64,000 bases of DNA from Bacteroidales bacterium (GTDB lineage Bacteria > Bacteroidota > Bacteroidia > Bacteroidales > JAIOZK01): assembly GCA_021740625.1 (NCBI GenBank), contig JAIOZK010000002.1, positions 248,497-312,496 of the forward strand. Reading direction: 5' to 3'. Each line of letters starts with the position of its first letter. Within the stretch, counting starts at the first letter, position 1. The notes under the pieces were generated by a model. That model saw only the letters and a list, made by a program, of their open reading frames with translations. It ran no database searches and had not been told where the DNA came from. Below are positions 50,412 to 60,056 of the stretch, piece after piece. A program made the position numbers and the translations under genes.

Positions 50412-53186
50412 ATGAAATCTAAATTTCTTAGCCCATTTTTATCAGGCTTTTTTTTATTAGCCTTCATAGCGAATAATGTTAAAGCACAGGAGCCTACTGA
50501 ACAGGATTGTCTTGGTGCCATTACTGTATGCCAGGATATTTATGTCGAACCCAATGTTTTCAGTGGTACTGGCAATTACCAGAATGAAATACCGGTCTGC
50601 CAGCCATGTGATCAGTGTTGTCCTGATAATTGTATAGATGGTGAGCAAAACAGTGTCTGGTATCGTTTTACGGTGCAGGAATCAGGAGATCTCGTACTTT
50701 CCATAGATCCCAATGCACCCTCTGATGATTACGACTGGGTGTTGTATGATATGACCTTTCACAGGTGTGAAGATTTGCCCGAAAAGGCCTCACAAATGCA
50801 GATTAGTTGTAATGCTGCAGGTGGTGCAGGTTACCAGGGAGAAACCGGAATAGATTCAAATATGGGCGGTGTTGTTAATTGCAACAATTGCGGAGAAACC
50901 AATAAATGGAATGCAAATTTGCCAGTGTTGGCGGGTAGAACCTACGTGCTGAGTATTAATAACTGGGCAGGAGCAGGGGCGCAAAGTGGCTTTACACTTG
51001 ATTTTAGCGCTTCTACTGCCGTGATTTATGATGATGTGAGACCTGAGTTTATGAATGTGATTGCCAGTCCGATCATTTGCGGAGATACCAGCTTCAGATT
51101 TAACTTTACCGAGGTCGTTAAATGTGTTACTGTTACTGAAAATTCACTGAAACTGAGTGGCCCTGAGGAGGAACATGATATTGTTCATGTTACTGGTCCT
51201 GCCTGTGAAGTGGGAGCTGAGATGGAAAGGACTTACAAAGTAACTGTCGATCCTCCCTTTACAGTGAATGGAGATTATACCCTTGAAATTGTTCCTTTTT
51301 CATCAATCTCAGATGCCTGTGATAATGTAGCATTGCCTCAGGAAATAACCTTCACAGTCGATTTGGGTGCTCCCGAAATTGACTCCACCAACAGCAGTGT
51401 TGCAAATGCAACCTGTGGAGAGGACAATGGTTTTATCACCGGCCTGGAAATCAGTGGCAACGGACCTCCTTATTTTTACTATTGGGTAAATGAAACACAG
51501 GATACTGTTGGTTATGACCTGGACCTGACAAATGTTGCTTCCGGGCAATATACTTTATACGTTGAAGATGAGGTCGGTTGTGCCGGATCCAGCGGACCTT
51601 ATTCTATCATGAATGAGGGCGCTCCGCTTGTTGATGATGTCGCACTGCAAACTGTCAATGATACATGCGAGGCAAATATGGGAAGCATCACTGGTTTGGA
51701 AATATCGGGCACCGAACCGATAACTTATGAATGGGTGGATGAAAGCGGCCAACCGGTAGGTGATACAACCTATTTAACAGGCCTTTCCGGCGGTGAATAT
51801 ACCTTAATCATTACGGATGCTAACGATTGCCAGGCAACTTATGGTCCCGTTGAAATTTTATCGCTGCCTGCCCCGCAACTGGATGTTTCGAATGTTGTTG
51901 TTAAAAATGCCAGTTGCGAACTACAAAACGGATCTATTAGCGGGATTGAGGTTTTCAGTCAGTATGAGCTGAGCTTCGACTGGCGGGATGAAAACAACAA
52001 TCCCCTGGGAATTGATTCTGCCGAAATTCATGCCCTTCTGCCTGGAGTATATTCGCTGAGTATCATGGATGAACATGGATGCACTGTGAATGCCGGCCCT
52101 TATGAGATCATAAATGAGGGTGGTTTGCAAATCGAAAACGTTTCAAGCGATGATGCTACCTGCGAAAACGATAATGCAAGCATTCAGATATCAGTGAGCA
52201 CTTTTGAGGATGCAGGCATAGTAGAATATTCTATCAACGATAGCCTGAGCTGGCAGAGTGATAGTATTTTCGAGAACCTGGCACCGGGAACTTATCACAT
52301 CATCGTCAGGGATCAGTTTGCTTGTTATGATGAATATGGAGAGAACCCGGTCATCATTGAGAACAAAGGAGAGGTTTTTCAGATCACTGCAGAAGGTGAC
52401 ACGCCTCTTTGCAGTGGAGATGACCTGCAGCTTTTTGTGCCCGAGAATATCAGCGGTCTTGGCTACCAGTGGTCGGGCCCTGATGGCTTTTCAAGTCCGG
52501 AAAAAGATCCTTTGATCCAGAATGTTGAAATGGCCAATGCAGGAATTTATACTGTTATTGCAACCGATACAAGCTATGGATGCGCCGACACTACCAGTGT
52601 TGAGATCCAGGTGGAAGAAAGCTTCCTCATGTCTGTTGATCTGACGGTTTCAAAAAATTCCATTTATCCTGGTGAAGAGATCACTTTTACAGCAAGCTCC
52701 GCACATGCTAATGCCGAAGTTTATTATGTCTGGTACATCGATGGTGTGGAAGTGCAGAGTGGCGCCGACAGCACGCTGACCACCACGGACATCCTTGCCA
52801 ATGCAGTCGTTTATTGTGAAATGCATACCGACGCCAATTGTGCGGACCCCAATCCGGCTCTGTCCAATGAAGTAGAGGTCAGTATTTATGACATACGTTT
52901 TTACCTCCCCAATTCATTCAATCCTTCCAGCACGCAGGGAAACGATGTTTTCAGGATCATCACACAGGCGGAGGCCATCCCCGGGCTGGAATTTTACATC
53001 TTCGACCGCTGGGGACAAAAAATATTTGAGTCAAACGACAAGGATGTTGGCTGGGATGGTACGATCAGGGGCAAGCCGGCCCCCGAAGGCGTTTATATCT
53101 GGTTGCTCAAGTATGAAGTTTTTACCGATGAAAGCCCGGATGGAAAAGAGGAGAGTAAGAAAGGTACGGTGATGTTGGTGCGGTAG
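50412..53186 (+). CDS. T9SS type B (gliding-motility CTD) SprB-repeat protein, intact paralog
   Basis: Signal peptide, Cys-rich N-terminal domain, four xxCxxxN(G/A)-type repeats, LPNSFNP...FDRWGQ...WDG...GVYIW...GTVMLVR. Confidence 0.9.
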   Translation: MKSKFLSPFLSGFFLLAFIANNVKAQEPTEQDCLGAITVCQDIYVEPNVFSGTGNYQNEIPVCQPCDQCCPDNCIDGEQNSVWYRFTVQESGDLVLSIDPNAPSDDYDWVLYDMTFHRCEDLPEKASQMQISCNAAGGAGYQGETGIDSNMGGVVNCNNCGETNKWNANLPVLAGRTYVLSINNWAGAGAQSGFTLDFSASTAVIYDDVRPEFMNVIASPIICGDTSFRFNFTEVVKCVTVTENSLKLSGPEEEHDIVHVTGPACEVGAEMERTYKVTVDPPFTVNGDYTLEIVPFSSISDACDNVALPQEITFTVDLGAPEIDSTNSSVANATCGEDNGFITGLEISGNGPPYFYYWVNETQDTVGYDLDLTNVASGQYTLYVEDEVGCAGSSGPYSIMNEGAPLVDDVALQTVNDTCEANMGSITGLEISGTEPITYEWVDESGQPVGDTTYLTGLSGGEYTLIITDANDCQATYGPVEILSLPAPQLDVSNVVVKNASCELQNGSISGIEVFSQYELSFDWRDENNNPLGIDSAEIHALLPGVYSLSIMDEHGCTVNAGPYEIINEGGLQIENVSSDDATCENDNASIQISVSTFEDAGIVEYSINDSLSWQSDSIFENLAPGTYHIIVRDQFACYDEYGENPVIIENKGEVFQITAEGDTPLCSGDDLQLFVPENISGLGYQWSGPDGFSSPEKDPLIQNVEMANAGIYTVIATDTSYGCADTTSVEIQVEESFLMSVDLTVSKNSIYPGEEITFTASSAHANAEVYYVWYIDGVEVQSGADSTLTTTDILANAVVYCEMHTDANCADPNPALSNEVEVSIYDIRFYLPNSFNPSSTQGNDVFRIITQAEAIPGLEFYIFDRWGQKIFESNDKDVGWDGTIRGKPAPEGVYIWLLKYEVFTDESPDGKEESKKGTVMLVR

Positions 53187-53235
53187 AAATTGGTTTGGTG
53201 TTTGGTGTTGGTTAATGCCTAAATAAGCTTGACTC

Positions 53236-53309
53236 GCTGGCGCGTGTTTGCAACGCGTGCCAATCATAATTATAGTAGAAACGGTCACGCGTCACAGACC
53301 CGCGCCAGC
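53236..53309. repeat. REP-like paired inverted repeat
   Basis: GCTGGCGCGTGTTTGCAACGCGTG (53236-53259) versus CACGCGTCACAGACCCGCGCCAGC (53286-53309). Confidence 0.7.
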
Positions 53310-53320
53310 AAGGGGGATTA

Positions 53321-53656
53321 TCACTTTACAATTCCGGAAATCTTTAATAAAAAATCCAATTCATGATCTTCAATAGATTCTTTATTTGATTTATCATAGA
53401 TTGACAGCAAATAAACAATCTGTTTTTGAATTGTAAGATAGGTTATTAACCTGCCCCCACCACTTTTACCTTTGCCTTTTGAAGTGATTGAAACCCTAAT
53501 TTTATAGCAATTTCTGCCAAGAGAAATTCCTTGTTTTGGCGACAATTCAAGTTGGTTAACGATTTGAAGAATATCATTCTTAAGTGATGGATATTTTTTA
53601 TGAAGCTTCTTAAACTCTTTTCTGAAATTATCGGTAACAAGTACATTATACTTCAT
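53321..53656 (-). CDS. Type II toxin, RelE/ParE-like family
   Basis: FRKEFKKLHKKYPSL, YKIRV, KGKGKSGGGRLI, LLSIYDKS. Confidence 0.82.
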   Translation of the reverse strand: MKYNVLVTDNFRKEFKKLHKKYPSLKNDILQIVNQLELSPKQGISLGRNCYKIRVSITSKGKGKSGGGRLITYLTIQKQIVYLLSIYDKSNKESIEDHELDFLLKISGIVK

Positions 53657-53855
53657 CTAAAAACTCTTTAGCTGTTGGTAGATAGATTTTTCCATCTAAA
53701 TGCTCGTTAACCTGGTTTATAGCCTCATTTAGGCCATCTGTATACTCCTTTTGCCTGGGGCTGAGCTTCTTAACCTTTTTAAAACCAAGGTTTTTGAATA
53801 GCTCCATAAAAAAATCAAATTTACCATCGGGTATATCAATTACGACTCTTTGCAT
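53646..53855 (-). CDS. Probable cognate antitoxin
   Basis: 69-aa ORF overlapping the toxin start by 11 nt; IDIPDGKFDFFMELFKNL...AKEFLDE. Confidence 0.7.
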   Translation of the reverse strand: MQRVVIDIPDGKFDFFMELFKNLGFKKVKKLSPRQKEYTDGLNEAINQVNEHLDGKIYLPTAKEFLDEV

Positions 53856-53929
53856 GTTTACTCTTTTTTATTCTAAACGAAATTACAAAATTTCCTTGTA
53901 GTTTTGAACCTCAAAATTCATGCTGAATT

Positions 53930-56056
53930 ATGTTTGAACAAAGAATTGCAGAACAAACGGGTATTTCCCCAAAACAGGTTTTCAATACGCTCGAACTTCT
54001 GGCAACAGGCGCAACGGTTCCTTTTATTTCAAGGTACCGCAAAGAAGCCACAGGAAGTCTGGATGAAGTTCAGGTAGCGGAAATCCGGGATTTGAACCAT
54101 AAGTTTGAGGAACTGGAAAAACGTCGTAAATTCATTCTTGAATCCATAGAAGAGCAGGGAAAGCTAACGGATGATTTGAAATCTCAGATAGAAAAGGCGG
54201 GGGAGCTTTCTGAACTCGAGGATCTGTATCTTCCCTATAAACCCAAAAAGAAAACCCGTGCTACCATCGCCAGGTCGAAAGGGCTGGAACCTCTGGCAAA
54301 AATGCTTATGGCTCAGCGGCCATTTGACATTGAAGCAAAAGCCGCCGAATTCCTGAGCAAGGAAAAGGGAGTCGAAACCCTTGATGATGCACTGGCAGGT
54401 GCCCGCGACATCATTGCCGAGTGGGTGAATGAGAACCCCAGGGTACGTGCAAGCGTCAGAAAGCTGTTTTTGCAAAACGGCATGATCAAATCCGGTGTTG
54501 TCAAGGCAAAAGAAGAGGAGGGTGTCAAATATAAAACCTATTTCGAATGGGAAGAGAAAGCGCTCAAATCTCCTTCGCACAGGGTGCTGGCCATGTTCCG
54601 GGGCGAAAAGGAAGGCTTCCTGCGTATAAAAATAGAACCAGGAATCGAGGAGGCCCTGGGCCGCATTGATTTGGTGATCCTAAAGGCTGAGAACGAAACC
54701 ACAGAACATCTCCAGATGGCCATTGACGACAGCTATAAACGTTTGATCGCTCCTTCCATGGAGAATGAGATTCGCAGCATGATCAAGGAAAAAGCCGATG
54801 AGGCTGCCATCAAAGTTTTTGCTGAAAACCTGAGACAGTTATTGCTGGCGGCGCCCCTGGGGCCGAAGAACATCCTGGCCATCGACCCGGGCTTCAGAAC
54901 CGGCTGTAAAGTTGTGGTGCTCGATCGCCAGGGCAATCTGAAGCATAACGAGACCATATATTCGCATCCCCCGCAAAGAGAGACCAAACAGGCCATCAAC
55001 AAGATCAGCAGCCTGGTGGATGCCTATAAGATAGAAGCCATTGCCATCGGGAATGGAACGGCAGGCAGGGAAACCGAAAATATGATCCGCAGGATCAAGT
55101 TCAAACAGGATGTGATGGCGGTCATGGTAAATGAGAGCGGGGCTTCGGTATATTCTGCATCGGCCATTGCCCGGGAAGAGTTCCCCGAATATGATGTCAC
55201 GGTAAGAGGGGCTGTGTCAATCGGGAGAAGGCTGATGGATCCCCTGGCCGAACTGGTCAAGATCGATCCCAAATCCATCGGGGTGGGGCAGTACCAACAT
55301 GATGTAAACCAGGCAGCCTTGCAGCAAAGTTTGACCGATACCGTGGAGAGTTGTGTGAATATGGTTGGCGTGGAACTGAATACTGCCAGCAAAGAACTGC
55401 TGAAATATGTTTCCGGACTGGGACCTGTCCTGGCACAAAACATCATTGATTACCGCAAAGAAAAAGGGGCATTCAAATCCCGCAAGGAATTGAAAAAAGT
55501 AAAACGGTTCGGGGAAAAAGCCTTTGAGCAATCAGCCGGTTTTCTGCGTATCCGGAATGCAAAAAATCCATTGGACAATACAGCGGTGCATCCCGAAAGT
55601 TATCATATCGTGGAAAAAATGGCCAAAGCCATGCAAACCGACATTACGGGATTGATCAGGTATGATGAGGTTAGGGAAAAAATCAAACCGGAAAAATTTG
55701 TTACGGAAGAAGCCGGATTGCCCACTTTGAAAGACATCCTCAGGGAACTTGAGAAACCTGGCCGGGATCCCCGGGAAGATTTTGATGTCTTTGAATTTGA
55801 TCAGGATGTAAACTCCATAGATGACCTGAAGCCGGGCATGAAGTTGCCGGGAATCGTTACCAATATTACAGCTTTCGGAGCTTTTGTGGATGTCGGTGTG
55901 CACCAGGACGGATTGATCCACCTGAGCCAGATGGCCAATGCATTTGTCAGCGATCCCAATGAATATGTCAGGATCAATGAAAAAGTTGTGGTGAAAGTGC
56001 TGGATGTGGATATCGAAAGGAAACGCATACAGCTTTCTTTGAAAGATGTGGATTGA
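53930..56056 (+). CDS. tex: Tex family RNA-binding transcription accessory protein
   Basis: GATVPFISRYRKE, LEDLYLPYK, IDPGFRTGCK, ESGASVYSAS, GVGQYQHDV, C-terminal S1 domain. Confidence 0.95.
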   Translation: MFEQRIAEQTGISPKQVFNTLELLATGATVPFISRYRKEATGSLDEVQVAEIRDLNHKFEELEKRRKFILESIEEQGKLTDDLKSQIEKAGELSELEDLYLPYKPKKKTRATIARSKGLEPLAKMLMAQRPFDIEAKAAEFLSKEKGVETLDDALAGARDIIAEWVNENPRVRASVRKLFLQNGMIKSGVVKAKEEEGVKYKTYFEWEEKALKSPSHRVLAMFRGEKEGFLRIKIEPGIEEALGRIDLVILKAENETTEHLQMAIDDSYKRLIAPSMENEIRSMIKEKADEAAIKVFAENLRQLLLAAPLGPKNILAIDPGFRTGCKVVVLDRQGNLKHNETIYSHPPQRETKQAINKISSLVDAYKIEAIAIGNGTAGRETENMIRRIKFKQDVMAVMVNESGASVYSASAIAREEFPEYDVTVRGAVSIGRRLMDPLAELVKIDPKSIGVGQYQHDVNQAALQQSLTDTVESCVNMVGVELNTASKELLKYVSGLGPVLAQNIIDYRKEKGAFKSRKELKKVKRFGEKAFEQSAGFLRIRNAKNPLDNTAVHPESYHIVEKMAKAMQTDITGLIRYDEVREKIKPEKFVTEEAGLPTLKDILRELEKPGRDPREDFDVFEFDQDVNSIDDLKPGMKLPGIVTNITAFGAFVDVGVHQDGLIHLSQMANAFVSDPNEYVRINEKVVVKVLDVDIERKRIQLSLKDVD

Positions 56057-56118
56057 ATCCAATAGAAAATTTTTTTCTTGTATCTTCGTTTAAAATCCTG
56101 TATAAGATCTACCGGAAT

Positions 56119-56769
56119 ATGCGATTACACAAAATATTTGGGATTGCCCTGTTGCTGCTTTTTCTAATTGCGCATGCTCATGCCCAGATTTTTAAGGGGG
56201 CTGCCATTGGTGGATTTAACCTGACACAGGTGGATGGCGATGAGGTATACGGGTTCAACAGGATTGGACTGAATGCAGGTGCCGGGGTTGTACTTCCCCT
56301 GGGTGAACATTGGGAAATAAGCCTGGAGACTTCCTTCAGCCAGAAAGGAGCCTACCAGAAACAGCAATACATCGATTCTTCCCGGGCCCTTACCGGTGAA
56401 TATAATCTGCGTTTGAATTATGTGGAGGTGCCTCTGCTGTTGCACTATAAAGACAAAGGCGGACTGACTTTCGGGGCGGGCCTCTCCTGGGGTCGCCTGG
56501 TAAGCAGCAAGGAGATAGAACACGGTGATGAAGAGATCGCCTATTCCGACAGCATTCCTTTTAATGACAACGATTTTTCCGTGATTGCCGATATCCGCTT
56601 CAGGATCTGGAAAAACCTGCACGGGAATTTCAGGTATTCCTATTCACTTCAGTCCATCCGGGAACGTACTTTTTACAGTCTTGACAAAAGCAATTCCTGG
56701 ACAAGAAAGCAATACAACAACGTACTCACTTTCAGAATTATTTATATCATAGACCTTTTAAAATTCTAA
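56119..56769 (+). CDS. Outer-membrane beta-barrel protein (porin family, PorT-like)
   Basis: Signal peptide; GFNLTQVDGD, FSQKG, LNYVEVPLL, QYNNVL. Confidence 0.75.
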   Translation: MRLHKIFGIALLLLFLIAHAHAQIFKGAAIGGFNLTQVDGDEVYGFNRIGLNAGAGVVLPLGEHWEISLETSFSQKGAYQKQQYIDSSRALTGEYNLRLNYVEVPLLLHYKDKGGLTFGAGLSWGRLVSSKEIEHGDEEIAYSDSIPFNDNDFSVIADIRFRIWKNLHGNFRYSYSLQSIRERTFYSLDKSNSWTRKQYNNVLTFRIIYIIDLLKF

Positions 56770-56771
56770 CA

Positions 56772-57287
56772 ATGAAATACAGCGCACAGCACTGGATCGA
56801 TAAGCTTGAAATGCAGAAACACCCTGAGGGAGGATATTTCAAAGAAGTTTACCGCTCCGAAGAAACCATCGACCGTTTGTCCTTGAACGAACGCTATGGT
56901 GGTGATCGGAACTACGCTACAGCCATTTATTTCCTGATCGCAGGGGAAGATTTTTCAGGCTTTCATAAATTGAATTCCGATGAGATCTGGCATTTTTATG
57001 AAGGTAAATCCCTGATCATTCATATGATCTCTCAGGATGGCAAACTTACACAAAAGAAGCTGGGACATGACTGGGAGAGCGGAGAGCAGCCCATGGTTGT
57101 CATTCCACGACATAGCTGGTTTGCTGGAGAGATGATCGATAAAAAAGCATATACCCTTTTTGGTTGCACGGTGGCCCCGGGTTTTGATTTTAAGGATTTT
57201 ATCCTGGCCGACAAGGCTAAGTTAAGTCAGCAGTTCCCGCAACACGAGAAGTTGATCGGGAGGCTTGTGCATGATCATGTAAAATAG
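56772..57287 (+). CDS. Cupin_5 (DUF985) family protein
   Basis: HPEGGYFKE, TAIYFL, DEIWHFYEG, CTVAPGFDFKDF. Confidence 0.9.
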   Translation: MKYSAQHWIDKLEMQKHPEGGYFKEVYRSEETIDRLSLNERYGGDRNYATAIYFLIAGEDFSGFHKLNSDEIWHFYEGKSLIIHMISQDGKLTQKKLGHDWESGEQPMVVIPRHSWFAGEMIDKKAYTLFGCTVAPGFDFKDFILADKAKLSQQFPQHEKLIGRLVHDHVK

Positions 57288-57847
57288 ATCGACTGGTAAA
57301 TCAGTATGGAGTATGCAATAAACCGCACAAAGCGAAACAAGGAAAACAATATGTAATTCCGGAAAGGATAGTCCACCGCTCCGATGATCATGGCTATTGC
57401 ACTGAATGGAACAGGGGTGAGGGAGGCCACAATAATGATAAAACCCCCGAATCGCCTTACATAGCCCGCATATTTTTCCAGGTAACGTTTGTGGAGTCTT
57501 TGATAAAATCTGGTATCATTGAAATAATTTCCGATGAAATAGCCAAGAATGCCAGCTCCATATGAGATGCCTGAAAGTATGATTAGCGTGACAATATAAA
57601 AGCTGATATCCTCCTTCTGTGCACTCACGAGCATGAATATCTCCGGTGGTATAATACCAAAAGCAACTTCCGAAAGGCTGAAAACAAGGTAAAACCAGAA
57701 TGGTTTATCGTAAATGGGTGCGATGTACTTTTCGTAGTGGACATCTCCCAGGCGGTTAAAAAGGATCACAAATACCACGATGATCACCAGCAGCCATAAA
57801 ATGCCACTGCCCAGGTTACGCAGGAAAAACCGGCTTCTTTCGCTCAT
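57275..57847 (-). CDS. VTT/DedA-like membrane protein
   Basis: GIIPPEIF, GYFIG, LTPVPFS, LFRFVRF. Confidence 0.75.
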   Translation of the reverse strand: MSERSRFFLRNLGSGILWLLVIIVVFVILFNRLGDVHYEKYIAPIYDKPFWFYLVFSLSEVAFGIIPPEIFMLVSAQKEDISFYIVTLIILSGISYGAGILGYFIGNYFNDTRFYQRLHKRYLEKYAGYVRRFGGFIIIVASLTPVPFSAIAMIIGAVDYPFRNYILFSLFRFVRFIAYSILIYQSIYFT

Positions 57848-57927
57848 GTGATATTCTGGTTGGAGTGATTATTTATTTTCAGGGAACAAAACTAAGTTAA
57901 TAATCCTTGCTAAAACAATAACATGCC

Positions 57928-58740
57928 TTATTTTGTTTCAGACTTCATTCTTTTTTCTTCCATAGCATTGATAAAATAGAGGGCGATGGGCAGCGAAAGA
58001 GGGTTGCTTTTGTCCATGCGCTCAGGATGCCATTGAACAGCCATCATAAAAGGTCTGTTCAGCGCTTCCTCCCATTCGATGGCTTCCGGAAGTGAGTCTG
58101 TTGCACGGGCAACAATCTTCAGGCCTTCGCCCAGATGGCTGATGGCCTGGTGGTGGTTGCTGGCCACAAAGCCCATCCTGGCATTGCTCGTTTGAAATAG
58201 CTTGGAGTTGCTGTCGATTACCACTTTATGATAACAACTGTAGGGATCTTTTGCGATGCGATGTTTTACGGTGGTGTCATAATCTGTTGGAATATCGACA
58301 ATCAAACTTCCATCGAAATACACATTCAGGATTTGTTCTCCGCGGCAAATGCCCAGTATTGGTATCTTCATGGCCAGGGCTTTGGTGATCAGGCTCATCT
58401 CCAGGGTATCCCTTCGGCGGTCGAAAGAACCACAAAGTGCCGTATCCTCGATCTGCCCGTACCAGGCCGGGTAAATATCCGGTCCGCCGGTGAGCAATAA
58501 GCCATCAGATGATTCCAGTAATTCCAGTGCCGAATCAATGTGTATGGTGTACATATTCTGGATTTGAATGGTAGAATCCACGATATGCAACCAGTTGGCA
58601 TAATTCTCATAATGACTGCCCGGACCGGCTTTGGATACAGCTATTTTAAGGGGTTTGTGCTCGGGTTCGTGCACGCATCCCGTTAAAAAGATCAAAAGAA
58701 GCACGAGGGAAAAAACAGTGCTTGTAATATGTTTGTTCAT
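57928..58740 (-). CDS. Peptidase C26 / PuuD-like gamma-glutamyl hydrolase with a lipoprotein signal
   Basis: LLTGGPDI, RDTLE, GICRGEQ (Cys), SNHHQA, VQWHPE (His-Glu); MNKHITSTVFSLVLLLIFLTGC. The track's extension to 59133 runs through repeats. Confidence 0.85.
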   Translation of the reverse strand: MNKHITSTVFSLVLLLIFLTGCVHEPEHKPLKIAVSKAGPGSHYENYANWLHIVDSTIQIQNMYTIHIDSALELLESSDGLLLTGGPDIYPAWYGQIEDTALCGSFDRRRDTLEMSLITKALAMKIPILGICRGEQILNVYFDGSLIVDIPTDYDTTVKHRIAKDPYSCYHKVVIDSNSKLFQTSNARMGFVASNHHQAISHLGEGLKIVARATDSLPEAIEWEEALNRPFMMAVQWHPERMDKSNPLSLPIALYFINAMEEKRMKSETK

Positions 58741-58779
58741 GTTATTGGTTTTGGTTTGGGTAAAATTATAAAACTTTCT

Positions 58780-59245
58780 TGCCACCAAGACACCAAAGCA
58801 CAAAGATTCACTAAGAAAACAGGTACAATGTGGCAAGTCTTTCATTATGCCAATCCAGGCTTCTTTTACCCCCTCTCCCGTCTTTCCCTGGAGGGGGAGA
58901 AGCCCTGGGATGCATGAAGTTAACTTGTGTTGATCAATGAACGGATTTTTAAGAATTGCCAGTTGATAACAGGCAGCCCTTGAAGTCCCTCTCCCGGGGC
59001 TGTCTAAAAAGTGCCCAATAGTTAATTGGGTCACATCGAGCGCAGACGAGATGCACTGATTATCAACAATCTTTAAGCTTCGAATCCCTGCCTGGCCGAC
59101 AGGCAAGGCGCTCAGCCTGACGGAATATCGCACATCTTGGACATCCTCCGCAGGTATAAATAGTGTAGCTGGGTTTTAGGTCCGTATTTGATACGTATTT
59201 GATACGTTTAATTACGTATTAACTACGCATGAAGTACGCAGGATC
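58780..59245. repeat. Mosaic of several short repeat and palindrome families
   Basis: GCCACCAAGACACCAAAGCACAAAG; CCCCCTCTCC...GGAGGGGGAGA; GTCACATCGAGCGCAGACGAGATG...CTTCGAAT-[CCCTGCCTGGCCGACAGGCAAGG]-CGCTCAGCCTGAC; TACGTATTTGA-type 11-mers. Confidence 0.65.
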
Positions 59246-59328
59246 AGCCGTCCAAAGATTAACAAGTCTTTAAGTCACAGAATATCACCAGAACCCGGGC
59301 AAAGCAGAAAAGCAAATCAGTACGAATA

Positions 59329-60030
59329 TCAAAAACCCAGATAAAAATCCCCTGTCAGGTTTTGATACTCTTCCGTCCAGGAACCATCCTTGTTTTTGAT
59401 GGTCAGTTCCGCTTCTGCTTTTTTTTGTCTTTGTTTTGTGAATTCCAGGATACACCGTTTGGGTGTTTTGCCTTCCCGGGGAATGACCTTCAGTTCGAAC
59501 GTACAGTATAAATCTTCTATCAGGGCTTTGCTGATGAAGTTTGTGCTTTGATCCGCCGGGAGGATCAGCGTGAATCTGCTGTTATTATGCATCATGTGTG
59601 ATGTATGAAAAAGCAGTTCCTCAAATGTCAGGTGGCCTGTATGCTTCGAAATGTTTTTATGCTTCATGGCCGGTTTCAGGGAGTTTTCGAAAAACGGGGG
59701 ATTGCTGACGATCAGGTCGTATTTTTCATTTCGCTCTTCCGAAAATTCCCGAAAAGAGGCATGATGGATTTTGATGCGATCTTGCCAGGGAGAGTTTTCA
59801 ACATTCTGCCTCGTCTGCATCGCGCTGTCGTGGTCGATTTCGACAGCATCGATGTTTGTTTTATCTGATCGCTGGGCCAGCATCAGCGCGATCAGTCCGC
59901 AGCCGGTCCCGATGTCCAGGATCGTTTTTACTCCTTGCACATTGGCCCATGCCCCGAGCAAAACGCCGTCGGTGCCCACTTTCATGGTACAGTGTTCGTC
60001 GGATACGGAAAAGTGTTTGAATTGGAACAT
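59329..60030 (-). CDS. tRNA1(Val) (adenine(37)-N6)-methyltransferase (YfiC/TrmN6 family)
   Basis: FQFKHF, MKVGTDGVLLGAW, LDIGTGCG, VSNPPFF, C-terminal DFYL. Confidence 0.92.
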   Translation of the reverse strand: MFQFKHFSVSDEHCTMKVGTDGVLLGAWANVQGVKTILDIGTGCGLIALMLAQRSDKTNIDAVEIDHDSAMQTRQNVENSPWQDRIKIHHASFREFSEERNEKYDLIVSNPPFFENSLKPAMKHKNISKHTGHLTFEELLFHTSHMMHNNSRFTLILPADQSTNFISKALIEDLYCTFELKVIPREGKTPKRCILEFTKQRQKKAEAELTIKNKDGSWTEEYQNLTGDFYLGF

Positions 60031-60056
60031 GGGGATTGCTTAAGCTGGTTAATTGG

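Noticed and set aside
58741-59133. 131-aa N-terminal extension of the C26 hydrolase in the track
   Set aside because: Runs through REP-like repeats; the signal peptide begins at 58740.
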